From assembly GCA_016217555.1 (NCBI GenBank), contig JACRHW010000017.1, forward strand, positions 5,093 to 69,092: a stretch of 64,000 bases of DNA, in the 5' to 3' direction. This DNA is from Parcubacteria group bacterium. Lineage in GTDB: Bacteria > Patescibacteriota > Minisyncoccia > UBA6257 > JACRHW01. A program made the position numbers and the translations under genes. Shown piece after piece: positions 28,310 through 37,141 of the stretch (positions within the stretch are counted from its first letter, which is position 1; each line of letters begins with the position of its first letter). The notes beneath the pieces are model-generated. The model ran no database searches and was not told the origin of the DNA. It saw only the letters and a program-made list of their open reading frames with translations.

Positions 28310-28461
28310 GATTTACGCGTTTGGCGCATTTTTTCGTCAGAAACTCCGGTACAGAACGCAGTATATTTTTAATATTGCTTATTCTGATGAATGAAACGAA
28401 TAGTTTCGTTCATCGTTTTCTCCTCGAACTGCATCCAAACGCGTAAATCCTACAAAGATTA

Positions 28462-29715
28462 ATGCTTGAGGGAATTTGGTATAGCATACTTATTGTATGG
28501 GGATATGTATGGTGGCTGGCAACGCCACTCATACTTTTTTATGTTTTTTCTGATTTGTGGATGATGTATGTGGGGTTGGAGTATTTTAAGAGTATCGAAT
28601 GGGTTACTCTTGAGGTACGTATTCCTCGTGAAATTTTAAAGACTCCAAAGTCAATGGAGCAGATTTTTAGTGGAATGCATGCCATTCAGGCTTATATTTC
28701 AAACCTAGATAAGATTTTGAAGGGTAAGTTTCAGGAGTGGGTAAGTTTTGAGATAGCAGGGACGGGGGGAGGGGTAAATTTTTATATGCACACTCCTGTT
28801 CAGTTTAGGAATCTTATTGAATCACAAATTTATGCTCAGTATCCTGATGCCGAAGTGATGCCAGTTGATGATTATACACATCTCATTTCCCACAGTATTC
28901 CAAACGAAGAGTACGATATGTGGGGGGTTGATTATGTATTTACAAAACCTAGCCCTTATCCTATCAAAACATATCCACTTTTTGAGGATATAAAAGATGA
29001 GCGTCGTGTCGACCCTCTTTCAAGCGTGATTGAAACAATGAGCCAACTCAAAAGCAATGAGATGATGTGGATTCAGTTGCTTATTAAACCCGCCCCAAAG
29101 GAGTTTAAAGAGGAATCAGATGCAATTATTGATAAGCTTGTGGGTAAGGTGCCAAAGCCCAAGAAGGGTTCCTTTACGGCGTTCGTAGATGGGCTTCTCG
29201 AGTTTACATGGAATCTTGCAAAAGGGCTTGTTGAGTATCCAGAGTGGAAATCTCAGGCTGAGGCGCCAAAAGATGCTGATGCCGCAAAACTTACTCCGGG
29301 TAAAAAAGAAGTACTCGAGGCAGTAGAACACAAGGCATCTCACTTGGCATTTCAGACGGGGCTTCGATTGATCTATATCGATAAGAGGGATAGTTTTACG
29401 CGTGTGAATGTTGCGGCTTTGAGTGGAGGGTTTAAGATTTTTAATACTTCAAATATGAATTCCTTTATGCCAGATTTAATCACTATGCCAAATTCTCGAG
29501 GATGGTTTTGGTTGTTCAAGAAGCAGAAAGAATATATGATGAAGAGGAGTATTGTCGAAGCGTATCGATTGCGCTTGTTTCCCAAGGGAAGCATGGTAAT
29601 GTCGAGTGAAGAGCTTGCAACGATATATCATTATCCTAACTTAAACGTGGCCGCTCCATTTTTACGACGGCTTGAAACAAAGAAGGGGCAACCGCCACCT
29701 AATTTACCCATCTAA
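28462..29715 (+). CDS. Hypothetical membrane-anchored protein (two N-terminal TM helices plus a 350-aa soluble domain)
   Basis: 417-aa ORF immediately upstream of the coupling-ATPase-like gene. Confidence 0.45.
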   Translation: MLEGIWYSILIVWGYVWWLATPLILFYVFSDLWMMYVGLEYFKSIEWVTLEVRIPREILKTPKSMEQIFSGMHAIQAYISNLDKILKGKFQEWVSFEIAGTGGGVNFYMHTPVQFRNLIESQIYAQYPDAEVMPVDDYTHLISHSIPNEEYDMWGVDYVFTKPSPYPIKTYPLFEDIKDERRVDPLSSVIETMSQLKSNEMMWIQLLIKPAPKEFKEESDAIIDKLVGKVPKPKKGSFTAFVDGLLEFTWNLAKGLVEYPEWKSQAEAPKDADAAKLTPGKKEVLEAVEHKASHLAFQTGLRLIYIDKRDSFTRVNVAALSGGFKIFNTSNMNSFMPDLITMPNSRGWFWLFKKQKEYMMKRSIVEAYRLRLFPKGSMVMSSEELATIYHYPNLNVAAPFLRRLETKKGQPPPNLPI

Positions 29716-29922
29716 CGAGGGGTTAGGTTTTAGTGTGTTAGGTTCCAAGGGCTAGAAATATCATGATCGTGCCTCGTTTCCTAATAAATCCCGTTAAAGG
29801 TAGAAAAAATAGTTAGTATATATTATTATTCATGTGTTAAAAACTATGCAACTATCTAAAACAGTCGTTTGTACCTACCCCTAACGGGATAAACTAATTC
29901 CTAAAAGCTAGAAGCTAATACA

Positions 29923-31884
29923 ATGTCTGACGCACAATTTGATCTCGCTATTGGGGAGACGAACTTTCGCAACCAACGCGTGAGATTTGGTATTCGCCAA
30001 GACGATCGTAGGCGTCATACATATGTAATAGGTAAAAGCGGTATGGGAAAGAGCGTACTCCTTGAAAATATGGCCATCCAGGATATGGAGGCGGGGCGTG
30101 GTCTCGCATTTATTGATCCTCATGGAGATACCGCTGAGAAGCTTTTGGATTTTGTCCCAAAGTCTCGTATTAACGACGTTATTTACTTTGATCCTTCGGT
30201 GCTTGATCATGCAATCGCCCTTAACCCCATGGAAAATGTATCTATTGATCGGCGTCATCTTGTGGCATCGGGGCTTATGAGCGTGTTTAAGAAAATATGG
30301 CCTGATGTGTGGTCTGCGAGAATGGAATATATTTTGAATAATTGCCTCATGGCGCTTCTTGAGATTCCCGATGCAACACTTCTTGGTGTCATGCGTCTTC
30401 TAAACGACAAGGATTATAGAAAATATGTTATCGATCAGCTTACTGATCCTCTCGTGCGAGATTTTTGGACGAAGGAGTTTGCGCGTTATAAAGACCAGTT
30501 TCAGACGGAGGCAATTGCGCCTATTCAAAATAAGATTGGTCAGCTTACCATGAATCCTCTTATCCGTAATATTATTGGACAACCCAAATCGACCATTGAT
30601 ATTCGAAAAATAATGGATGAAGGAAAGATTTTTTTGGTAAATCTCTCTCGTGGGAGAATTGGAGAGGATAATAGCAGCATCCTTGGTTCTTTGCTCGCCA
30701 CAAAACTTCAGCTCGCAGCTATGAGTAGGATTGATATTCCACGCGAGGAGGACAGAAGAGATTTTTATTTGTATATTGATGAGTTTCAACATTTTGCGAC
30801 GCCGTCATTTGCTGCCATTCTTGCCGAGGCGCGCAAGTTTCATCTCAATCTCATCGTAGCTAATCAATACATGACTCAGATGGATGAGACGGTGCGAGAC
30901 GCCATAGTAGGAAACGTAGGGACTATGATGGTGTTTCGCATTGGTGCAGACGACGCCGAGTTTTTTGAAAAGGAGATGTTCCCTGTATTTCTTATGACTG
31001 ATTTGGTAAATCTTCCTCGTGCCCAAGTTATTATGAAGCTTATGATTGACGGGGCAACTTCTCCGCCTTTTTCCGCAGTGACACTTCCTCCGGCATCAAA
31101 ACCAGAGGTCAGTTTTCGTGATGAGATTTTGAAGGTTACCTACTCCACTTATTCTATTGCTCGTGAACGCGTAGATGAGATTATAAATGAATGGTTGAGT
31201 ACTAATTTTGTTTCTGACAAAGATGGTGGTGTCGATGGCGTCATTCCAGGAGGTGTAGCTCCCCGCGAAGGTGTTGGGGCAAGTCAAGACGTGGGTGTAC
31301 AACCTCAGCGTGAGATGTTTAACGCGGTGTGTTGGAATTGTACCGCAGAGACGCAGATTCCTTTTCAGCCCGATCCAAAGTGTGCAGTATATTGCAAAAA
31401 CTGTCTTAAACTTATTCAAGCCGGGAAGATTCTTCCACCGACGCGTCCAAGAGGTGGAGCACCTCTTCCGTCACAAGTACAACAGCAAAGCGCACCTCCT
31501 ATGCCGCCGTCACCACTACAAGCACAACAACCCGTCGTGAAACGGCAAGATGTTTCGTCTGTTCGCCAAGAAACTCCAATAGTAAAGGAATCACAGCAAG
31601 CACCTCGCCCACAATATGTTTCCGGGCAACATATGTCTTCCCAACCTCAAGCGCCGCAGTCTTCTGGGTCATCAGAGCAACCACCTATGCAACAATCGCA
31701 ACAAAACATTTCTTCGAGGTCACAACCTCTACAGGTACAACATTCATCTGCGACATCGTATCTCGACACTATGCTTAAGCAAGCTCCACCTCGCGAGGCG
31801 CGCAAGTTTGCTCCCCCAAAAAAGGAGGTAAATCTCGACGAGCTCAAAAAAGCGATTGAGGAATCTTTGAAGTCTGTGAAGTGA
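29923..31884 (+). CDS. VirD4/TraG/TraD-like (type IV coupling protein family) P-loop ATPase with a Q/P/S-rich tail and a C-terminal zinc ribbon
   Basis: Walker A is HTYVIGKSGMGKS. The TraG-D_C-like Walker B region is FYLYIDEFQHF...AEARKFHLNLIVANQ. The zinc ribbon is CWNCTAETQIPFQPDPKCAVYCKNC. Confidence 0.55.
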   Translation: MSDAQFDLAIGETNFRNQRVRFGIRQDDRRRHTYVIGKSGMGKSVLLENMAIQDMEAGRGLAFIDPHGDTAEKLLDFVPKSRINDVIYFDPSVLDHAIALNPMENVSIDRRHLVASGLMSVFKKIWPDVWSARMEYILNNCLMALLEIPDATLLGVMRLLNDKDYRKYVIDQLTDPLVRDFWTKEFARYKDQFQTEAIAPIQNKIGQLTMNPLIRNIIGQPKSTIDIRKIMDEGKIFLVNLSRGRIGEDNSSILGSLLATKLQLAAMSRIDIPREEDRRDFYLYIDEFQHFATPSFAAILAEARKFHLNLIVANQYMTQMDETVRDAIVGNVGTMMVFRIGADDAEFFEKEMFPVFLMTDLVNLPRAQVIMKLMIDGATSPPFSAVTLPPASKPEVSFRDEILKVTYSTYSIARERVDEIINEWLSTNFVSDKDGGVDGVIPGGVAPREGVGASQDVGVQPQREMFNAVCWNCTAETQIPFQPDPKCAVYCKNCLKLIQAGKILPPTRPRGGAPLPSQVQQQSAPPMPPSPLQAQQPVVKRQDVSSVRQETPIVKESQQAPRPQYVSGQHMSSQPQAPQSSGSSEQPPMQQSQQNISSRSQPLQVQHSSATSYLDTMLKQAPPREARKFAPPKKEVNLDELKKAIEESLKSVK

Positions 31885-31885
31885 C

Positions 31886-31921
31886 CTTGTATTTAGTATA
31901 TCGTATCTTGTATAGTGTATG
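31886..31921. repeat. Family D repeat fragment (copy 2)
   Basis: CCTTGTATTTAGTATATCGTATCTTGTATAGTGTATG. Confidence 0.4.
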
Positions 31922-31954
31922 AATCCGCCGCAGGCGGATTATATCAGATACTAT

Positions 31955-32524
31955 ATGTTAACTATCAACGATCTTGAACCAAAATTAGTTGTGTCAATCG
32001 AGGGTGATCCCTATCAAATTCTCGAGGTGTCTCATCAGCACATTGGTCGCGGAGGATCAAACGTGCAGACGCGCATTAAAAACTTGAGAACAGGTGCTGT
32101 TTTGAGTAGAAATTTTAAACCTGCCGATAAATTCGAAGAGGTAGAAGTAGAGAAAAAACCAGTGAAGTTTTTGTATATGAATAAGGGGGAGTACTGGTTT
32201 TGTGAGGAGGATAAGCCTGCCAACCGATTTACCTTAGCGTCGGAGGCGTTGGGGGAGAGTGCTATTTTTTTAAAACCGAATACTCCAGTCGAGGCCATTA
32301 TGGCGGACGAGAAGCTTCTTAACATTGAACTTCCTGTCAAGATGGATCTTAAGGTTGTTGAAGCTCCACCAAGTATCCGTGGCAATACTGCTCAGGGGGG
32401 GACAAAAATCGTAAAACTCGAAACAGGGGCCGAGGTAGCCGTACCTCTTTTTATCAACGAGGGAGACACTGTGCGTGTAAATACGCAAACGAAACTCTAC
32501 GTAGAAAGAGTCGAGAAATTCTAA
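31955..32524 (+). CDS. efp: Elongation factor P
   Basis: Start MLTINDLEPK; contains QHIGRGGSNVQTRIKNLRTG (loop region with the conserved K/R). The track start at 31919 lies in a palindromic repeat. Confidence 0.85.
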   Translation: MLTINDLEPKLVVSIEGDPYQILEVSHQHIGRGGSNVQTRIKNLRTGAVLSRNFKPADKFEEVEVEKKPVKFLYMNKGEYWFCEEDKPANRFTLASEALGESAIFLKPNTPVEAIMADEKLLNIELPVKMDLKVVEAPPSIRGNTAQGGTKIVKLETGAEVAVPLFINEGDTVRVNTQTKLYVERVEKF

Positions 32525-32525
32525 T

Positions 32526-32600
32526 ATTCCTTGAGCGAGGTCGAAGGGCTATTATACTTGTTTGTCATTCCCGCGCAGGCGGGAATCCAGTGTAAATAAA
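32526..32600. repeat. Fragment of palindromic repeat modules (GTCGAAGGG... plus the GTCATTCCCGCGCAGGCGGGAATCCAG hairpin)
   Basis: ATTCCCGC-GCAG-GCGGGAAT is a perfect hairpin, related to the family E interiors. Confidence 0.5.
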
Positions 32601-32615
32601 TCGCATCCTATATAT

Positions 32616-32746
32616 TTCTCACCCATTCGCCACTCCAGCGTGCGGCTCACTCATCCACAGACGCTTCGTTGTCAACCCAACTCATTCTGATTCGGAGTTG
32701 ACAACACCCTGCTCCGCGTCTGCGGAATGGTTCGAAATACATGTGT
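32616..32746 (+). repeat. Family C structured element, copy 2
   Basis: CTCACTCATCCACAGACGCTTCGTTGTCAACCC ... GGAGTTGACAACACCCTGCTCCGCGTCTGCGGAATGGTTCGAAATAC. Confidence 0.7.
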
Positions 32747-32805
32747 TGTGATTCAGAAAATTTTATACGTATCAGCTCACAAGACTGAGTGGAAAAATAA
32801 GATAG

Positions 32806-32866
32806 TGCCTGAGCTTGTCGAAGGCCTACCATAAGGAAACCCTTCGACTTCGCTCAGGGACTATAG
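32806..32866. repeat. CCTGAGCTTGTCGAAGG / CCTTCGACTTCGCTCAGG hairpin module (family E interior type)
   Basis: GTGCCTGAGCTTGTCGAAGGCCTACCATAAGGAAACCCTTCGACTTCGCTCAGGGAC. Confidence 0.5.
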
Positions 32867-32975
32867 ATAAAGACTAACTTACTCAGAGTTGTGAGCTGAT
32901 ACTTTTACACCTATTGACTAAACTACACCGTTTGTGGTATTTTTGTTTTAGCACATAGAAAAAGGAGGTAGTGAG

Positions 32976-33752
32976 ATGAAAACACGGCAGCGTGTATTTT
33001 GTGGGGAGATGCGCAGTAAAGCGCGGTTGGAGCATGGTCTTATTGAGATTCTTGAAAGTTATCAGGGAGAATTAGGGCACGTATCTGTCTTTTGTGTTCC
33101 GGTGAGGGTTAATCGAAGAGGCGTTGACATTGCCACGTGTATTTCAGGTCAAAGGGGGATAACCCCAAAGGATCTTGAGATATGTCTTGTTTCCGAAGAG
33201 GAAGATGATTTTATCGTTAATGGACAAAAAATTACGAAACCGGAAGGCTGGGGGCTTGTGGGTGGTGGTGTGGACATTGTCGATATTTTGAATGATGGTG
33301 GTGAAAAGGAACGCCCGCTTCCAAAAGAAAAGAAAAATGCCATTGTTCGTGAACTACTGAACAAAGCTACCACCGACGAACTTCTTGTGATTATTGAAAG
33401 TGCACTCTATCGAGAAGTTCGTGAAGAGGCTGGTCTCACTGTTGATCCTTTCTGGGGATTGTTCAAGATTGATCCGAAGGAAAATGATGATGGAACGGTG
33501 AATATTGTTGTTACTGTGCTTTGCGAAGTACTTAGTATGTCTGACGAGAGGGATGAGGAGGAGATTCGGGAAAAGCGTTTTTTCCTCACGGAACATATTG
33601 TTGAGGCAATCAAGACCGCACCGATTGTTCCAGGAAAACCGCGCTGGATGTATACTTCGCATGCAAGACGGCTTAGAAAGATTTTAACTTTTTTCGGAAG
33701 GGATTTTGAGGGTGTAATAACCGCCCTTCAACACATGTTTGGTAAATATTAA
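32976..33752 (+). CDS. NUDIX-family hydrolase (with an N-terminal extension)
   Basis: Nudix box ESALYREVREEAGLTV (Gx5Ex7REVxEExG). Confidence 0.5.
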   Translation: MKTRQRVFCGEMRSKARLEHGLIEILESYQGELGHVSVFCVPVRVNRRGVDIATCISGQRGITPKDLEICLVSEEEDDFIVNGQKITKPEGWGLVGGGVDIVDILNDGGEKERPLPKEKKNAIVRELLNKATTDELLVIIESALYREVREEAGLTVDPFWGLFKIDPKENDDGTVNIVVTVLCEVLSMSDERDEEEIREKRFFLTEHIVEAIKTAPIVPGKPRWMYTSHARRLRKILTFFGRDFEGVITALQHMFGKY

Positions 33753-33773
33753 CATAAAAAATACCCCCACCGA

Positions 33774-33799
33774 TTGGGGGATTTTATTTAAGTGGGGAT
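33774..33799 (+). terminator. Rho-independent terminator
   Basis: CCCCCACC-GATT-GGGGG followed by ATTTTATTT. Confidence 0.5.
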
Positions 33800-34215
33800 T
33801 TATAAGATTGAATGTATTGTACAATTTATGGACAAAGAGAACTCCGTGTGCTATTTTTACTTCAGCTCATTTTCGGAACACAAACGTACTCAACTTCCCG
33901 AAGAGGTGAATACCTTTTTCCGGTGAGGGAAGATCTCTCCAATTATTGCCTTGTTTTTGAAAGAGGAAAATGCTCGTGAGTGTTTCGACGCAAATGATCT
34001 TAAGCCTTGTGACGCGCGCTGGAAATTGCAGACACAGGAAGTCTTAGAAACAATTGGTTCCGATCACTCGGTCTTCATTCCTGCCAAGCCCCCCTTCGCA
34101 ATTTCATTTTAATATAATTTGTCGCCAAACCAATGGCGGCTTTTTCTTACTCCACGGACTCCTGCCCGCAGTTTTCGAGGGGTAATAAAAAACCGCCCTA
34201 TGGCGATTTTCTGTG

Positions 34216-34779
34216 TTAACTCCCAAGTTTCACAAAAACAAATGGTTTTCGAACCCCAGTAGAAAACCTTTGTGCGGCCTCAAGTGCAATGTGTACCCTC
34301 CTTTTTAAATTTCTATCTTTCTGGGATGTATACAAAGAACCTTTGGCCGCGTCGGATCCGCAACCCACTGCACCGAATGGATCCATTGGTTCCTCGACCT
34401 GATAATCATTATAAATAACAAAAATCCTTCCAAGAAGTCCTATAATAAATGTACCTCCGCTTTCCCGTCCTTTTTCTCGTTCAGCCCAACCACCTTTTTT
34501 AAAACATTTTCTTAAACTAAAAATAAACTTCTTAACCATGAATCCGTAAAGATCTTTTCTCGCCCTTGCATCAACCTTTGGAAGCGTTAGTTCATACTGA
34601 ATTAATTCACCCATTCTAAAACTTGTCGTAAAGCCAAAGACCCATTTTGTTTTATCCAAACCAGTTCTCTGAAAAACTTTTCTATCTTTTCGAATTGTTA
34701 AATCGGAACCTCCGACACCTGCAGAATCTCCCCCCATCACAATATTTTCTCCGTCTGTCGCTATCGCAATGCATGTCAT
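34216..34779 (-). CDS. HslV/proteasome-beta-type Ntn-hydrolase peptidase (orphan; no HslU nearby)
   Basis: Thr immediately follows the initiator Met (MTCIAIATDGENIVMGGDSAGVGG), with GAVGCGSDAAKGSLY later. About 187 aa, which is HslV size. Confidence 0.5.
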   Translation of the reverse strand: MTCIAIATDGENIVMGGDSAGVGGSDLTIRKDRKVFQRTGLDKTKWVFGFTTSFRMGELIQYELTLPKVDARARKDLYGFMVKKFIFSLRKCFKKGGWAEREKGRESGGTFIIGLLGRIFVIYNDYQVEEPMDPFGAVGCGSDAAKGSLYTSQKDRNLKRRVHIALEAAQRFSTGVRKPFVFVKLGS

Positions 34780-34927
34780 TTGTCCGAACCTCCTAATGGA
34801 TTTTAAACGAACTATACATAAATTAACATGGATAGTTTGTATTGTCTACAAAACTCGGTTCGAACCATTCAAATCGCTAGTGTATTCAAGACAAAAGAGG
34901 CATTTCTGCCTCTTGAGTCTGCCAGAG

Positions 34928-35000
34928 TGGACCGGAGCGGACTCGAACCGCTTACCTCGTCATTGCAAATGACGCGTTCTACCAGGTGAACTACCGGCCC
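34928..35000 (-). tRNA. tRNA-Ala (anticodon UGC)
   Basis: Reverse complement GGGCCGGTAGTTCACCTGGTAGAACGCGTCATTTGCAATGACG...GGTTCGAGTCC...CCGGTCCA. Carries the G3:U70 identity pair. No encoded CCA. Confidence 0.85.
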
Positions 35001-35144
35001 GATTGTCTCTTATTAGATTATAGTATATCCGACATTTTTGAAATACGCTAGAGTGTGCGGAGTGTGAGGACAAGATAGACGTAATTCGATCAATCTGTTT
35101 AACTGAGGATAGGATATTGATAATGTAATAAAGGAGGTGATCGT

Positions 35145-35648
35145 GTGGTATTTTTAAAACGACTTGGCTATATCTTTTTTCTTGGAATTGCAACGTTTGT
35201 GCTTATTGGCGCATCGGTTGGGTTTATGACGTTTGCTTTGCGAACACCACTCATGCTTCTTGAGCTTGTAAGTCCCATCAAAAATGGTATGTTTCTTGTG
35301 TTTCTGGCTCTTGTCGTTCTTTTTTTGGCAGGCATGGGGATGGACTTAGCATTTCGGCACGGGTTTTCGTTTGGAAACAAGAGCATGCTTAACCAAACTC
35401 CTGCTTTGACTTCAGATGGAAGTGTCGTATTTGTGATGGGCGAGGAGGTTGCTTCGGATGGTCGGGTGTATGTAAAGGTACTGATGCCCATTGCGCACCC
35501 TATTCCGGGATTTCTCAAGATCATCCCAAGAGAGAAGATTATGTTACTTAATAATCCACCCACAGAAATGATTAAGGTAATTATGTCGAATGGTGTTATT
35601 CAACTTGGTGGGCTTGAGATCAAGGAAGTTGAAAAAAAAGAAGAATAG
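35145..35648 (+). CDS. Hypothetical membrane protein
   Basis: 167 aa with 2-3 TM helices and a soluble C-terminus. Confidence 0.3.
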   Translation: MVFLKRLGYIFFLGIATFVLIGASVGFMTFALRTPLMLLELVSPIKNGMFLVFLALVVLFLAGMGMDLAFRHGFSFGNKSMLNQTPALTSDGSVVFVMGEEVASDGRVYVKVLMPIAHPIPGFLKIIPREKIMLLNNPPTEMIKVIMSNGVIQLGGLEIKEVEKKEE

Positions 35649-35732
35649 TGTAACAAAAACAGCTTATCATAGCTGTTTTTTATATTGTGGAAGGGACGTT
35701 TTTTTTATATACTCAAGACATAATGTAAACAT

Positions 35733-37034
35733 ATGGTTAAAAAATCAATTTTGTTTTTATTAGGTTTTATTATCATATTTTTAGTAGTGTTTGGTGTCGT
35801 AAAGAAATATCATATTTTTTCACGGTTTGTATCTCTACGTGGTTCGTCGTTGTCTGAACTGTCTTTTGAGGATGCATTAAAACAGGGTTTTCAGAAGAAA
35901 ATTCAGAGAGAGGTCCTCCTTGCCACAACATCAGACAAAATAACACTAGAAAGGAAGGAGGAATATGTTGCCGTAGTAGACTACGAACAGAGAGTAATTC
36001 GTGCCATAGAGAAGTCGTCGCCTGCGGTAGTGAGTGTGATTATCTCTAAAGATGTGCCAGTACTCGAGCAGTATTACGCAACCCCTCTTAATAACGATCC
36101 ACTTTTCCAAGATTTTTTTGGGGGACAAGTACAGATTCCTCAGGTGCGTCAAGGGGGGGTAGAGCGTAAGGAGGTGGGAGGGGGCTCGGGGTTTATTATT
36201 TCTTCCGATGGTCTTATCGTGACTAATAAACACGTTGTTTCTGATCCGAATGCTTCGTATATTATATTGCTTAATGATGGGAAGAGATTTCCTGCAAAGG
36301 TGCTTGCGAAAGATGCACAGCAGGATATGGCAGTTCTTAAAATAGAGGCAAGTGGGCTTCCTACTCTTTCGTTGGGAGATTCTGATACGGTGAGAATCGG
36401 GCAAACGGCAATTGCAATCGGAAATTCATTGGGTGAATTCCGGAATACTGCTTCTACCGGAATAATTTCCGGATTGGCGCGTACTATTACCGCAGGAGGG
36501 GGTGGTATCGTGGAGACACTTCAGGGAGTTATTCAGACTGATGCGGCAATCAATCAGGGGAATTCGGGTGGGCCACTTCTTAATCTTCGTGGTGAGGTAA
36601 TTGGTGTTAATGCGGCAATAGCTCAGGGTGCTCAGAGTGTTGGATTTGCCATTCCTATCAACAAAGTAAAACGTGCTATTGAGGATGTGAAAGCTACCGG
36701 AAAGATCTCCGCTCCCTACCTTGGAATACGGTATGTTATTCTTGATGAGATAGTACAAAAAAAAGAGGGGCTAGGTGTTTCTTATGGTGCTTTCGTCCGT
36801 AGTGGTGAGAAGGGTGGCGTAGCCATTGTTCCCAATTCTCCTGCAAAGAAGGCGGGTATTAAAGAAAGGGATATTATACTCGAGGTTAATGGCAAGAAAG
36901 TGACCAAGGACGTTCCCTTGACCGATATAGTAAGCCAGTATAAGGTAGGGGATACGTTGACGCTTAAGGTCTTGCGTGGGAGCGAGACGATTGAAGTTAA
37001 AATAACCCTAGAACAAAGACCAACAAATCTTTAA
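35733..37034 (+). CDS. htrA: HtrA/DegP-family serine protease (trypsin domain plus PDZ)
   Basis: Catalytic triad context TNKHVV ... D ... GNSGGPLLN, with a C-terminal PDZ-like region. Confidence 0.85.
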   Translation: MVKKSILFLLGFIIIFLVVFGVVKKYHIFSRFVSLRGSSLSELSFEDALKQGFQKKIQREVLLATTSDKITLERKEEYVAVVDYEQRVIRAIEKSSPAVVSVIISKDVPVLEQYYATPLNNDPLFQDFFGGQVQIPQVRQGGVERKEVGGGSGFIISSDGLIVTNKHVVSDPNASYIILLNDGKRFPAKVLAKDAQQDMAVLKIEASGLPTLSLGDSDTVRIGQTAIAIGNSLGEFRNTASTGIISGLARTITAGGGGIVETLQGVIQTDAAINQGNSGGPLLNLRGEVIGVNAAIAQGAQSVGFAIPINKVKRAIEDVKATGKISAPYLGIRYVILDEIVQKKEGLGVSYGAFVRSGEKGGVAIVPNSPAKKAGIKERDIILEVNGKKVTKDVPLTDIVSQYKVGDTLTLKVLRGSETIEVKITLEQRPTNL

Positions 37035-37136
37035 CTCAAAAATCAAAATGCAAAACTACAACTAAAAACTGAACGAACCAGCAAAAAAGTTTTATGGTTT
37101 TTAGTTGAAGTTTTGACTTTTGATTTTTAATTTTTT
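37035..37136. repeat. Family A palindrome, copy 3
   Basis: CTCAAAAATCAAAATGCAAAACTACAACTAAAAAC ... GGTTTTTAGTTGAAGTTTTGACTTTTGATTTTTAATTTT. Confidence 0.6.
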
Positions 37137-37141
37137 ACACC

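Noticed and set aside
33800-34215. RNase P RNA or tmRNA in the long spacer
   Set aside because: No GGAAAGUCCGGGC / ACAGAAxxxGGCUUA (RNase P) or tRNA-like 3' end plus tag-ORF (tmRNA) signatures were found by eye. It is kept only as a low-interest ncRNA candidate.
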